A DNA stretch of 64,000 nucleotides from assembly GCF_009914755.1 (NCBI RefSeq), contig NC_060936.1. One strand, given 5' to 3'. Within the stretch, counting starts at the first letter, position 1. The number at the start of each line of letters is the position of its first letter. Positions 15,931 to 30,370 of the stretch are shown in pieces. The position numbers were made by a program, and so were the translations under genes. The notes under the pieces were generated by a model, which saw only the letters and a list, made by a program, of their open reading frames with translations, was not told the origin of the DNA and searched no databases. Source of the DNA: the human T2T-CHM13v2.0 reference genome, Homo sapiens.

Positions 15931-18054
15931 AAAATGTAAGCAGACTTCTAAAAAAAAAAAAAACCCCCACCGAAAACAGGTGGCTTCTTTGGAGAGGTTG
16001 CTGTAACTTTAGGAGGGGAGAAGTACACTATTTTAGGTATACAGCAAACACCTTATATATATGGAGTTGATTGCTATATCACATTATCAATCCCTACCCC
16101 CAAACTGCCAACTCCATCAGAAGATATGCAGGATTCTCAATTTTCACTGCCTAGTAAAGTGACTCTGAATTCTCTAAGAATGTGGGTGAAGTCACAATGA
16201 TCTTACAGTTTTTTAAGTTTTTCCCTTTACTATTCTCTTTGATAAACTCACAGTAAATAGGCAGCTGCTTGTGTATAGGACAACCTTATGCCTTAACATC
16301 CCTTTGCTGCTTACTCTTCTATATCTGTTTTGGTGACTATTTTAGATTGCCAATACTCAGAGTGTAGAAAGTGAATTTGCTTAAACAACCTGGTGCATGT
16401 TGGAAATCAATAAATTTATTTTTAATTATGATTATGTTCCCATATTAATATTTATGAAGGTAAGTTCTAAGGAAAGTGACTATTAATCTTCCAATAGCAG
16501 AAGGTTAGTGGTGAGACAAATTAAATTACAAATTAACCAAATGTTTTCTTTTAATTGTTGATTCTGCTACATTAAAATTCCTGTCTTCTTTGGCAATGCA
16601 TGAGTTCATCAACATCTTTACTATTTTTTCTCTTTAGGGTTTGTGCATATTATATAAAATTAGTATCTGGCATTTAGTGATTCAAACTTTGAGGCAGACA
16701 CACTAGAGATACTATACCATTTAGCTTATTTAAAGAGGGAATTTTTTTTTCATAGAAAATGCCCAGCATAGCATAAAACATTAAAGAGAAAAAGGAGCCG
16801 TCATCTTCAAATGTAGAAATAAATGATCTTGCTTGTGTCATGAGTCCAGTGATACATGGCTGGAATCATGTTTTGTCTTTCAAAGGTATAAAGGATCTCT
16901 GTTCTCCATTGACAGCTCTCTACTTTGGTGTGATTCATTTCCATTTAAATTTTATATCAAATATGCATTCAATTATTTAGATTTCAATACAATTTAATAA
17001 GTATTCTTATTAAAGTTCTCTATTGCGAACCCTTCAATTTTACTTCTGATGCTGAACAAGGCTTGTCGGGATGATTACATTAATAATACATTGCTATCCA
17101 AAATTAAAGTGCAGAGTAGAGAACATGCTAATAGGTTTCATTGATTTCAACTTGGAAATGGGTGCAGGCAATCAGAAAGCAGGTGCAAACCTGACTAGCA
17201 ATGATCTACTGTGAGAATATTGAGCCAGGATCAGTAGCAAGATTCATAGTTGTGATCTGAGTTAGAAAAAATGTTAAATATAATGAAGCTGGAGCAATTA
17301 AAGCCTTTTGGGAGAAATGTGAATGCTTCATTATGCTTTTCAGATGGTGGTTTCATGTGATGAGTTCTAAACTCTGAGGGATTTTATTGGTTGTCTTCTA
17401 TTTTCCTAGATGTTAGCTACACATAGAATTAATTCTCATTTTAGCTTTCTAAAAAATTATTCAAATTAGAGGTTAAGGACACAGCTCAAAATATTCAAAA
17501 GGCATTCCGCCCATGCACTATTTGTTTAAGTTAAATTGGATTCAATTTAAACATTTGTAAAACTGCTCTGTCATTAAGACGACTGTGCTGTAGTTGAATA
17601 TACTACTTTATTTCTGGCCTTAAATACCTGAAAGAAAAGACGATATTTTCCAAAAATTGCTTGGAGTTATTTGGAGGGAAGGGCCTCTTAAAATACAAGG
17701 CAAACCGTAGTAATATTTGTAATTTCCCCTTTGTATTTCTTAATCCTATTTTCCCTTCTTTTTGAAGTATGCCCCTTCTGCTTGATTTGCACACGTACAG
17801 ATACTGTACTTCTTGATGGCCCTATACAGGAAATAATTCAAGTGATGATCATCAGTAACCTTCAATAACACATAGAAATTGGACTCACTGGAAATCAAGA
17901 GGTTCATGTGGTTTCTTCAGACAGCTTACAATGCATGGTGGAAGTAGACAATATCAAGGATTAGGCCTCTGTGTTCTACACCTGAAAACATCACATGTGG
18001 CTGAGGGGCTGCCATATGGGCAAGTCTTTGGAATTTGTAGCCCATGGTTAGAAT

Positions 18055-18160
18055 AGAGTTGTTGCGAGGATTATTTGAGTTAATTTATTTAAATCTCTTG
18101 GAACAAGACCTAGCACATAGTATGCATCCCATAAATGCTAACCTTCATTGTTGTCATTAT
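18055..18160 (+). mobile_element. MIR 3' fragment
   Basis: GTTGCGAGGATTATTTGAGTTAAT..CCTAGCACATAGT. Confidence 0.65.
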
Positions 18161-18360
18161 TGCAAAATCCTGGTACCCACTTTCCCAAGAGTGGCATTTT
18201 AAAGCAGGTTGTTGCCCCATACTGACATAGCCTCCATTGTCATTCATTCTAGCAGAATCTCTTTCCTTTCTTTTGCATTCCTGCTGCAACACCATGCTGC
18301 AACTAGTTTCTTTTCATTCCTTCCTGGGAAATTTGATTTTGGAGCCACTATCCACCAAAT

Positions 18361-19206
18361 TCTATTTTGTTTTTTTAATTTTTAATTTTTGTGGGTACAT
18401 AGTAGGTGTGTATATTTATGAGGTGTGTATATATATGTAGGTGTGTATATTTATTGATACAGGCATGCAATGTCTAATAATTATATCATGGAAGATCGAA
18501 TATCCATCCCCTCAAGCATTTATCCTTTGTGTTACAAACAATCCAATAACACTCTTAGTTATTTTAAAATGAACAATTAAATTATTACTGACCCTATTGT
18601 GCTATCAAATGCTAGGCCATATTTATTCATTCTAACTATTTTTTGTACCTATTAACTATCTCCCCCACCCCACCGCCCCAACCTACTAACCTTCTAGCCT
18701 CTGGTAACCATCCTTCTATCTCCATGGTTTTAATTGTTTTGATTTTTAGGTCCCACAAATAAGTAAGAACATGCAATGTTTGTCTTTTCATGCCTGACTT
18801 TTTTGCTTAACCTAATGACCTCCAGTTCCATCTATGTTGTTGCAAATGACTGAATCTTATTCTTTTTTATGGCTGAATAGTACTGCATTGTGTACATGTG
18901 CCACATTTTCTTTATCCATTCATCTGTTGATGGACATTTAGATTGCTTCCAAATTTTGGCTACTGTGAAGAGACACACAATATTGGAGTGCAGATATTTC
19001 TTCAATATATTGATTTCCTTTCTTTTGGGTATATACCCAGCAGTGGGATTGCTGAATTGTATGGTAGCTCTATTTTTAGTTTTTCAAGGAACCTCCAAAC
19101 TTCTCCATAGTGGTTGTACTAATTTACGTTGTACTAATTTACACCAACATTAAATGTGGGTTCCCTTTTCTCCATATCCTCTCCAACAGGATTGTTTATC
19201 TTTTGT
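18361..19206 (-). mobile_element. L1MA2/3-like 3' end
   Basis: TTTTGTGGGTACATAGTAGGTG..TCCATCCCCTCAAGCATTTATCCTTTGTGTTACAAACAATCCAAT; TSD CTATCCACCA at 18348 and 19207. Confidence 0.9.
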
Positions 19207-19489
19207 CTATCCACCAGTTTAAGAGGAGGTGTGAGTAATGTCAGAACATGCATTTTATTCACTTTATTGAGTGGGAAGACTGCTCTTACTTGAGCAAGGA
19301 CCACGTCTACTTCTATAGCCGATTCTTATACTGGAAATGTTGGAAGTACGTAGAAAGGACAAAAGAGAATCTCACCGCTGAGGCTGCCTTCTTAAGTCAT
19401 CTCAACTATTATTTTACTGGTACAGTTTTAGCTTTTGATGGTCTTTCAAGTTTCAAAAGAATAGGAGATCTCTTCTATTGCTCATGAGC

Positions 19490-19680
19490 CTTACAATTTG
19501 TGTGATTTTAATCAAGTTACTTAACCTCTAAGGCTGTTTTTAAATCTATAAAATAAAGATAAAAAGGGTATCTACCTTACAAAATTACTAAAATTTTTAA
19601 ATTCAGTGAATTTAATGTGCCTGGTTGATGATATGATCCTAATAACTTATTATATGATCCTAATTAGTTGTCACTGTTAA
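19490..19680 (+). mobile_element. MIR fragment
   Basis: CAAGTTACTTAACCTCT..ATCTATAAAAT..TATCTACCTTAC. Confidence 0.65.
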
Positions 19681-21073
19681 CCCAGAAATATTCTTTATGG
19701 TAGATATTTGGCAAGATTCTGACACGTTCTTCAGGCTAGAGCTCTACTTACGACTGTAGCGCTTGGTGAAGTGGCATTAGAGCCACATGTGGGAAACGCA
19801 CCAAGGCTAGCCTCAGACTGAAGTGGGAGCAGTGCCCATTCCATGGGCCACACCATCAGCAGCTGCCTCTTTCTAGCCTGTCACCTCACAGGGCTAAGAA
19901 TTGTCCTGCTTTCTTCTGCTTTCTTTGTACCCAATGATGAAAATTAATTTGTTAATCTGTCCAACTTTGTTGCCTGCATAAGCATTGGTTTTGGTTAGCC
20001 AATGCTCAACCTTTGATTTCTTCAGAAAAGGACATATTTTATATAAAATAAATCGAGAAGGAAACATGTGAAGAGCAATTATAAATGAAGTTGTAAAAGG
20101 CAATCATGTTATCTGGTTGCCAGTAATCTTACTTGTTGCATAACAAAGAGCAGAAAAGCAGATGCTCTCCAATCCCTGTTCTTGATTAATATCTAATTAA
20201 ATGGTAGAGCCATCATGGTAAAAACATTCACAGTGTTCTGCTGCCCATTGTACCTGCTGATGACTAAATAATAGTGAAGAATTTGGGGCCTTTTTTTCTG
20301 TATACAATTTTTGCTAGAGTAAGTGCAAAACCAGAAATTCAGCCATTAATTCACTGTAATCAGATTATTCCCTTGTGAATTTTGTTTTCTATACTGGAAA
20401 GTGTTTAATGCCATTATTGAACATCTTATGAAACCCTGTATCATTGTTATTTGGTTTATTTGATGGTAGTGTTCATTAGAGAGTTTGTAAGATATTGATA
20501 AAATGTGAAATTATCTGGTATTAAGCTGTCAATACATAATAATGAGCTTTCAATTATGTAATAAACTTTCTAATTATTCGTTTTAATTTTCTAAAGCATG
20601 AGTCACAAGACAATTTTCCCTGAATGAATAAGCACTAGAGAAATCATTTGAGGCCACAGTGTTATAATAAACAGCAATGGTACTTTAATTTTCTTTTACT
20701 AGTTTAGAGAATCTAAGAAGCTTTGGGAAATAACTTTGATTTTGTTATGGATATTTGAAGAAAAAAAGCTTGCAAAGGATTGTCACGTATTTCATTAGCT
20801 ATGCTTTGGAAAGAAAGTAAACTTGGTGAATTATGGATACATAAACTCTTCAGAAATATTGTTCTTATCAACTAGATATTTGTAGATGTATTCTTAATTT
20901 TGTAATACCAGTCCATGAAATGAAATTATGGAGAATACCACAGTAAGCCATACTGACTATTAGGAAAAATATTTATTACATGACTATACATAAATTTATT
21001 TCCAATTTTACCTTTCCTATTTGAGAGAGGGAGAGAGAGAGAGTGCACGTGTGTGTGTGTATGTGTGTGAGAG

Positions 21074-21491
21074 AGATATGGTTTGGATCTGTGTCTCACC
21101 AAATCTGATGTCGAATTGTAATCCCCAGTGTTGGAGGTAGGTCCTGGTGGGAGGTGATTGGATCACGGGGGTGGAGTTCTTATGAGTGGTTTAGCACCAT
21201 CCCCTCAGTTCTGTTCTTGTGATAGTGAGTGAGTGAGTTATGAAATCTGGTTGTTTTAAAAGTGTGTAGCACCTCCACCACTTCTTGCTCCTCCTCTGGC
21301 CATTTAAGACATAGTTGCTTCCCCTTCACGCCTTCTGCCATGGTTGTAAGTTTCCTGAGACCTCCCCAGAAGCAGAAGCCGCTATGTTTCCTGTACAGCC
21401 TGTATAACCATGAGCCAATTAAACCTCTTTTCTTCGTAAATTACCCAGTCTCAGGTATTTCTTTGTAACAGTGCGAGAACAGACTAATACT
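21074..21491 (+). mobile_element. MSTA-like MaLR solo LTR, embedded in a (GA)n/(TG)n tract
   Basis: GATATGGTTTGGATCTGTGTC..AATTAAACCTCTTTTCTTCGTAAATTACCCAGTCTCAGG..ACAGACTAATAC. Confidence 0.92.
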
Positions 21492-23003
21492 GTGTGTGTG
21501 TGTATTTGTGTTATCTTTATCACCTTGGATTCTTCTCCTCAACCACAATTCAATTGAGGTAGATTTATGTATCTCTGTTTCCTATTCATATTCGACTCTA
21601 TACCTCTCATTTTTGTGATCCTCACTAGTGTTTGTAGTGGTATGGCTAGAAGGTGTCATGTGCAAAATTTGTTTTTTTTCCTAATCATTCAATTTAAAAT
21701 ATGAAACAACAGACCTAAAGCTGATTTGCTGGTGAGGCAATCATTGCTACAGGGAACAGATGTTATAAAATTGACTTGATGAATCATTCATCCTTCTAGC
21801 CTCCACCCCTCTTCATACTCATTGATCTTCAATTAACAGTATGTCTTGAAAAATTTCTGCACCACATTGTCTAAAGTGAAAGGAATATGTGAGAATCTAC
21901 ATTGTGCCTGAATTGCATGATGGATTACTAGTTTTTACTATGAAGTGGTTGAAGAAAAATCCAGGATTCTGTACTTTGATATTTATTCATTCATTCAACA
22001 AACAATTATTGAGTACCTGTGTGTCCAAGCATCATGTAGGTAAAATCATATTTATAAAATATGGCTACTTAACAGTTTGCTTGAAAATCATTTCAGTATG
22101 CCCATTCTAGATTTAGTTTACAAAAACACATGCATTCAAGTATATTCTAATATAGAAAAATATACAGAAATTCTAATACAGAAAATGGAAATACAGAACT
22201 TAGAAAAGCACAGACTTCATGCGTCCAGTAACAAGTAATGTACTCTTACATTTTCTTGTTAAATAATTTTTCATTATGTACTCATAGGATATTGTTATGA
22301 TTGATATAAAATTGTCACATTTATAGATTCCAAAAACTGGAAATAATTTATTTTGAACTTTTTTCCCTGTTATGTTTTTATTTATCTTGAAGTGTTTGTA
22401 GTTTGTTGCTTTTATTGGAATTCCTTTTATATGAGTAACTATATCTTGACAACTCCTGTTATATTCCCGAGTTCATGGATATAGATTCTATGCAGACTCT
22501 TGCAGATACTTCAGAATGAAAATAGTGAAAATAGGAGATGATGTGTGAAATGCTGCAGCAGTATTGATTGCCCTGCCACATGAACAGAAACAAACCAAAT
22601 TACTGCTGTTATCCAGGTCTTTTAATAATTATGGGCAAAGGCCAAGGTTAAGCTGGAAGGTGAATTGCATTTAGAATGTTATATGACATGGATTTTCCAG
22701 AAAGGATGAAGATTTAAGACCTGGGGACATGGTGAGCTTTGCCATGTTATGTGGCACACATTTGTATGACCAAGTTTAAAAATCTTTTATATCAGGCAGA
22801 CATGCCTCCTTGTCAAATGCTATCTTTTGAATTGTAAACAAGGTGGTTGAAAAATCATTACTTAAGAAAGAAAGTCACATAGGCGTTGATTAATACACAT
22901 TATTGACAGAAGTTTGTGAAGCTACACCATTTGATCGATTTTTAAGATATACCATACCAAACACTGGAAAAATATTTCATCCACTTAGATCAGTAGCAAT
23001 TGA

Positions 23004-23380
<377 letters not shown>

Positions 23381-24172
23381 AAGGACTTGAATTTTTGACA
23401 TGTAAATACTCCAATTGCTTGCAAGCAATTAAAAAAATTGAACTTGTATATGAATATATGACATCTGAGATAATATCCAAGCCATTGCTTACAGTCATCA
23501 AAATGTTGAACTTAAATATATATTTCTGTTTTCTTATAAATCAACATTTCCCCAATTGACTGAAACTGACATTTCAGTCAATTACTTTGGCGCTGTGTAG
23601 CTATAACCTTGTTGACTCTGTTCCTGTTGGTGACATTTAAGAGAGAAAACTTGTTAGGCAGTAATTTATGCTTTAAATTTTTTAAGAAGCTGTAGTTATT
23701 TATAATCATCCCCACACAGTTCATCACTCAATTGCATTTTTCCTTTTAATTCTGTCATTTTATGTTTGAATGTCTTGACTAATACATGAATATAAACTTC
23801 TTAAAGGAAAGGAATATAAAAAAAATCACCAGAATTATCTGCTTTTCTGAGGCCAAAGCTCCATAGCACAAATCAGGCTGTTGTGAGAAAAAAATAAGAA
23901 AGAAAATGAAACAATATTAAGTTCAACAGTGTTAGGAGGCCACGTGGCTTGATGCGAAGTGATCTTGTGGGCAGGGAATCTTCTAGTCTTCTGGTACTGG
24001 ACAGTCATGGCAGTGACTGATGGGAAACATGGTCAGGAGCAGATAGTGGTGGACGATGCAAAGTTGACAGAGAAAAAGAAGGCAGAGGGGGCAGTGATAG
24101 TGGAAGTAATGGAGGAAGGAGACAAGGCAAGGAGCAATTGCGGTTGTTTTAGGTCTGTAGATCAGAAGTGTT

Positions 24173-24313
24173 AGCAGGGCGTGGTGGTGCGTGCCTGTAG
24201 TCCCAGCTATCTGGAAGCTGGGAGGTGGGAGGATCACTCTGAGCATAGGAGTTCAAGCACAGGAGTTTGGGCAACGTAGTGAGAGGCTGTTCCCCAGCCC
24301 CCCAAGAAAAAAA
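24173..24313 (+). mobile_element. FLAM (Alu monomer)
   Basis: Single 7SL-derived arm with A tail; degenerate TSD TAGAT(C/A)AGAA(G/A)TG. Confidence 0.8.
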
Positions 24314-24433
24314 CATAGATAAGAAATGCATTATAAGTCTGGTATGTAATTATTCCCTGTAGGTAGAAGATTTTCAAGTCCCACTACAGGATTATGTACA
24401 TAGTGAATAACTATTGATTTATATTGTCTAGAC

Positions 24434-24738
24434 CAGCAGTTTTCAATGGAAACATATCACAAGCCACATAGGCAATTTTAAATATTCTAGTAGCTACATC
24501 TGAAACATAGAAACAGGAAACTAATTTGTCATGTAATTAATTTTATACATTACTTCCAAAATGTTATTTCAACATATAATCAAATGAAAATTATTAATGA
24601 GATACTCTATAATGTTTAGAACTAAGATTTAGAAATCTGGTTAATTAACACTTAATGCATATCTCAATTTAGAGGAGTGACATTACAAAGTGCCCACTAT
24701 CTCCATGTAGCTAGTGATGACTGTATTGGACAGTAAAG
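24434..24738 (-). mobile_element. MER33
   Basis: CAAGCCACATAGGCAATTTTAAATATTCTAGTAGCTAC..CATGTAGCTAGTGATGACTGTATTGGACAG. Confidence 0.8.
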
Positions 24739-24899
24739 GTTTGGATTTTTTAAATGTATTCTTGTCTATCTCTTAAAAATGGAAATACATAAAGTTTCTG
24801 AGCATTTCTCACATTTGTCTGTTGCCATTTATAATTTTAGAAAAGATTCCTAATGTCTAATGTAAAAGGGCATTTAGAAATTTTAACAAAATAGTCCAA

Positions 24900-25120
24900 G
24901 TGTTATTAAGGCTACACTGTGGTCCTTGGGATCTTACCCTAGCCATGAACAATTAGCTGTGGGAAATATCTAAAATCACAGGTAAAATTCTCTGCTTGTG
25001 TGATGTATGATGTGTACTTGCATAGGTTCTTATATGATTTTCCGGGTAGAGAGTTAAGTCTTTTATCCAATTCTTAAAGAGGTCATGCCTCCCCCCACCC
25101 CCAAAAAAAGTTAAGCTCTT
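24900..25120. mobile_element. Degenerate hAT-Charlie MITE
   Basis: TTTTATCCAATTCTTAAAGAGGTCATG..AAAAAAGTTAAG resembles Charlie-type terminus. Confidence 0.4.
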
Positions 25121-28100
25121 TCCAGTGCTTTTCTTTATGTAAAGAGTCCAAATATTAAAGTAACATTGGTGAAATAAAAACCAGGACTGTCATTAAAAAT
25201 TGACTGGAAAGCCTGCCATGATGACTTAAATACATGTTATAGCAAATACGTAATTAGGAATCTGTGTTTCTGATGCACAAAATGAACAAAATGAACTAAA
25301 TGAGATTGTACAATATTGTATTAATTACGAAAATATGACAGGTAACTGTTTAATCCCTTACAATTTTAAATGAGGTATTTACATAACTTACAAATGACAC
25401 ACTATTATAACTTTTCTGAATGCTCCACAGTTTTGTTCTTTGATAACATATTTCTGGCCAAGGCTACCTAATCAAAAATTGTAACGAAAATAACTTCAGT
25501 TCATCTAGGATGTTTCATGTCTGGTTTAGGTTACACTATATGATTTTTGTTTTAACTTTTTTGGAGAAGAGGGGAAAAAAGCAATTTTTTAGTTCTAGTT
25601 TATGCTCTAAAATCCATTCTTTGGTTTTCAAGAAAATATTTTATTTGTTTAAAGAGGTCAGAACTACACAATAGTCCCACCTTGAAGTATTCTGGGGTGA
25701 CAAGAAGCTGTATTCCATTATCTGCATTTGAATTGCAGAGACTAGGAACACATTTTTTTTTTAACAATTTGTGATTGTTAATTGATTATCTTTAGATGAT
25801 GCAAACTCCCTAGAGACTTGGCTGGAGACAACCATAATAACTCCCAGCATTAACATAAATTAATCATGAGGGAAAATAAGATGTGTGAAGAGCTGAAAAT
25901 AAGATTACAGGTGACATTTCCTCTGGAAAATACAAAAGGAGAACAAAGGTTTTAGAGCGAATACAAGTAGATAATCTCACAGGCAAAGAAAGATGAATAG
26001 TAAAGTGGAGAGGATTGGTAATGTGCCTGTGAAGAATGAGTGGAAGGAGGAGAGAGGGCCAGGTTGTAAGAACAGGCCACAAAGCAGATAAGGGAAAGTG
26101 AAAACCCAGTTAGTGGATCAAAGGGTGAGAAGTCAAGTCTAATACAAAGCCATTTGGAAAGGATTAGAATGCAGCAAAGATAGCTGTAATACAGAAGAAA
26201 GAAAATTAACAGAATAAAAGAAGAGAAAATTTAAGACATCGGAGCTAAGAAGCACAGCCTGGCCAGGCTGGCTGTGCTAAAGCAGGGCTTTGTCACAAGG
26301 GAGGGGGCTCTTCAAATGGCCTGTGTCTTCCAGCTTTCTATGAAAGACAGAGGCTGAAGTCACAGCTGTGATGACAAGTGGTTTTAGAGTAATGTGTGCT
26401 ATTTGTCCCCCCTGTAATTCTACTTGAGGGGTTAACTTTGAAAATCATGTTGAAAACAGGGACACAAACATTCTTATGTGCACAAGTGCTGAGATTTTCT
26501 GGGGTTGAGTGGGTTTGAGAGCACACCCCTCAGCCATGCTGTCATGCCTGAATCTGATGGACATTGACAGAGTCCAAGAGCCAATGTGGCAGGGCCTGTC
26601 CTGGAACGCATGCAAATTGATTCATGGAATATGGGCTATGGATAGAAATTTAGCTATAAGGTGGTTAGAATTATGTACAGAGATATGGGTTTGCTTGATA
26701 ATTTAGACATTGTTAACACCCTCACAGTCTCTCTTCTGCTGACTATTCCTGTGTGGTTGTGTAAATAATGGCTTGGAAAGAAGAATGAGTAGCTACCTGT
26801 GAAATAAACCATCAGTTAGATAGATCGACAGTTTGTGTACTGATTTATTAGGAAAGGTTTAACAGGCCAGGCCCTAATATTTTTTACAGCAAATATTGAT
26901 CTATTAGAATTACAGCCAGAGAAGTCTGAGTTCAGGTAGTTCCTGCAGGAGCAGTCAGAATTGGTGCTCTTATTTCAAGGCAGAGAGAAGGGAGGTCTGC
27001 TAATAATAGCTCTAATAGCATTGTGCTAACATTGTCTTTACCCCTCAAATGCTGGGTTTGCTTCATTTTGATATGAGAATCCAACAGGAACCTGAATAGA
27101 TTCTTTTGCAGTGCTGTCCTAGAGGTTCTCAGCAAAACTTTGGTTAACTCTCCCATGATGAGCATGAGATTTGTCTGAAGCTCATGGCACCTTTAAGACT
27201 CCAACAACAAGGTCCTGAGAGACAGGATATGTGGATAATCTGTTACAACTCTCTTAAGCATTAATTGACCCAGCTGCTGTCTATCCAGAACTTTCCAGAG
27301 GTATTTATATGCACTGAATTTGATAACAAGATGTCAGTAAATTTTGGATTATTTCTTTGGTTGTTTGTTTTCATATTTTTTCTAACTGCAAATTTTTTGA
27401 GATATAGATTCTTAGCATTTTCTGGAAGGTAAGGCTTGTTAGATTGCCTAATATATGAACATGTCAATAATCCTCTGCACTATTTATATATTTGGTTAAA
27501 TATACCCAGGGATGGGTAGTGAAATAGTGTTTTATTTTTAGCTACTATGTAGAATTTCAAGAAAGAAAACATGCAGATGAAGTCTATACATTTTAATAAC
27601 GCTATAACAAAGTAAGCTTCTGTTAATAACAACAAAACTAAACAAGTTCAGATTTTTCTGGTACACAGAAATAGACCGACCTCTGACAGAGCAGCAGAAA
27701 AGCTATTTTGTTTTTCCTGTGGTCACAAAGACTGATGTGACCAGGTAATGTGTGTCATCTTTAAATAGTGGTTTAAGCCATAAAATGCAAAGCCTGTCCA
27801 TACTGTCTTTAATGTCAAAGATAACGAGTTACTCAATGAAATAGGAATTTCTTTCCTTTTTACTTGGTAAATAGAACCTGAGTAGAATATAAAGTAGTCT
27901 TAATAAATAAGAGCAGTGAAAGTTAGTAATCAGGGCATCCTACGCTAGATTGTAAAGTTTACCAGTTGAAAATTTTCTTTCCAGTAACCTTGTTAAAATA
28001 GTTTTTATCAGTCTTCCTCATGCTCATGGTTATGTGCCATGGGAAAATATTTTCTGCTCAATACTGCAATAGATTACATGTTCTCTGCTCAGCATGTGGT

Positions 28101-28391
28101 AGATTTTAAGAGAATATTGCTTTTGCAATTGTAAAATATCATATGTCTATAAACAATATAATCTTTCAACTTGAGCCAAAATATTTGCATTTGAGAAATA
28201 GCCCATTTGTTTTATTTATTGTCTCCTATTTCTTCCTGACTGTGTCTGGTTACAAGCTCAGGGGGAAAAAAGTAATGATGCTGAAGTCTTGGATGTAGTG
28301 TATTCAAGCTGGTTGGATTTGTGGCTATTTGCAGTTCTTTAGACATATTTTTCTTTTGCATGTCCAATTGTGGAGAAAGGAATGAAAAGAA

Positions 28392-28744
28392 TTTTTTTGT
28401 ATGGCGGGGGAGAACAGGATCTTACTTCTCACTCTGTCATCCAGGCTGGAGTGCAGTGGCGTGATCCTGGCTAACTGTAGCCTCAACCTCCTGGGTTCAA
28501 GCAATCCTCCCACCTCTCAAGCCTACCAAGTCACTGGGACTACAGGCACATGCCACATTGCCTGGCTAGTTTTTGTGGTTTTCTTTTCTTTTCTTTTTCT
28601 TTCTTTTTTTTTTTTTTTTTTTTTTGTAGAGATGAGGTTTTGCCATGTTGCCAAGGCTGGTCTCAAACTCCTGTGCTCAAGTGATCAGCATGCCTCAGCC
28701 TCCCAAAATGCTGGGATTACAGGCATGAGCCACTGCATCTGGCC
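28392..28744 (-). mobile_element. AluJ (Jo/Jr-like) with expanded central A-rich linker
   Basis: GTAGCCTCAACCTCCTGGGTTCAAGCAATCCTCCCACC, J-type features; long T-rich linker ~28579-28625. Confidence 0.9.
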
Positions 28745-30227
28745 AAATTTTAAATTTGGATGGTATAATTTTCCTTCTGAGACAAAAAGTATGATCACTC
28801 ACACAATTTTTCTTTCACTGAACAAGGAAAGACATTGAATGTACTCAAGGTCTGAACAATCGTTGATCGGAAAAAAAAGTAATATAAGTTTGTAGTTCCC
28901 TTCATGTTTCCAGATTTTTTGGGACACTCTATGGTATATTGACAATTGTACTCACTGTTTTAAACTTAGAGATACTTTACCCAAAATGATTTCTAATGGA
29001 AATAAAATGCATTGAGCATGTTATAAGTGTAACTAACAAACTATTTAAAAGTAAGTTTTTCCTATGTTTTCTGACTTTTCAGACACCCCATTCTTAAATA
29101 CAACTATGTTGCTTGATGCTGCAAAGTTGAAACATAGGAATAAGTTCTATTTAGACAGCATGTAAATGGTAACTATAAATTTGAAAAATTAGCTCCAAAG
29201 ATGTTCTGGGCTGGCAGACAGCATGTGGCGTAGAAGTGAATTAAGGTTTAGACAAAAATTTTGTAAGATTGGGATACAATCTAGGGGAATGTTTCTTCTG
29301 CATCCAACTGCGCATATAGTTACATCTGTGTTTCCTACATGCTCTACTCAGCACTATGCAACTCCTCATAATAGGAGGTTTCCAGATTCCCCCAGCTGTG
29401 CTTACTAATGAAACTCTAGATCAGATATTTACATAGAACACCTGACAGCAAGACATCCAGCCAGGCAGCTTTTGTGGAGCTGGAGAGAATTCAGAAAAAG
29501 AATATACCCAGAAATTCAAGAAACAAGGTGAGTGAATATAAATTCAAGGGCTAGGGTCATTTTGTGCCAAAGCTTCAAGTTCACTAGGAGTCAGTGAAGC
29601 GAAGTTACAAACAATGGCAAACTATGCAAATTGCAATTCTGGCCACAAGGCAAGAGGCCACCCTCAGAAGTGTTTCTTGTGGATGCATCTGTTGGTAATA
29701 CAAGAGATTCTTGGACTTCACTACATTATTGCAAGTACTAGCATCATTTCCGACAGATCATAATTTAGAATTTGGAATCAAGGTTTTCTCCCCCGTGTGT
29801 TTTCCATCATCTATTGTCATTTTTAGATAATAAAGATATTTACTTGGGTAGAATAAAAAATATTTTCTTGTATTGCTAATTATCCCTCTGGGACCCTGCT
29901 CAAATAGAGCTTAATATTAAAATCGGCAGCCTGGAAATCATCTGGAACTTTGTAAAGTGATATGAAAAAAGTTAGTTGAATGAGAAAGTTTGGAAAAGTG
30001 AATTAAAACTTTATATCCTCCTATATAGGTCAGTGTATTTCTGATAGCCAGATATATACTGAATGATGCTGCTGCGATGTTAAATAAAGGACTGGCTTGT
30101 ATGGGATGAAGTCCAAGGAGCATCTTTTGTTAGCTTTTTCTGAAGAAAAATTAGGCCAAATCTTTCATATTGATGTTTAGTTGAAGATGTATAGGATGCT
30201 ACCCTTTGGGATCATACTTGGTGTAAG

Positions 30228-30370
30228 CTGGGATTTGCAAACTTGAGGCCGAGAGTTCCAGTTTGTCTCAGGGAGATGTTTAGAAAAAAAAATTAGGTTC
30301 ATATTTTTAAATGGGAGGTTTTAGCTTAAGAATTTGTATTTCTGACTTCCTAGAAGACTTGGAAGATCAA
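30228..30370 (+). mobile_element. MER102-like hAT fragment
   Basis: TTTTTAAATGGGAGGTTTTAGCTTAAGAATTTGTATTTCTGACTTCCTAGAAGACTTGGAAGATC. Confidence 0.55.

Noticed and set aside
17560-17640. Strong minus-strand acceptor TCTTTTCTTTCAG
   Set aside because: All frames close quickly and no good donor follows
28401-28838. 145-aa ORF (also 52941..53357, 23058..23320, 54868..55056)
   Set aside because: Typical antisense-Alu translations ([15 protein letters not shown])
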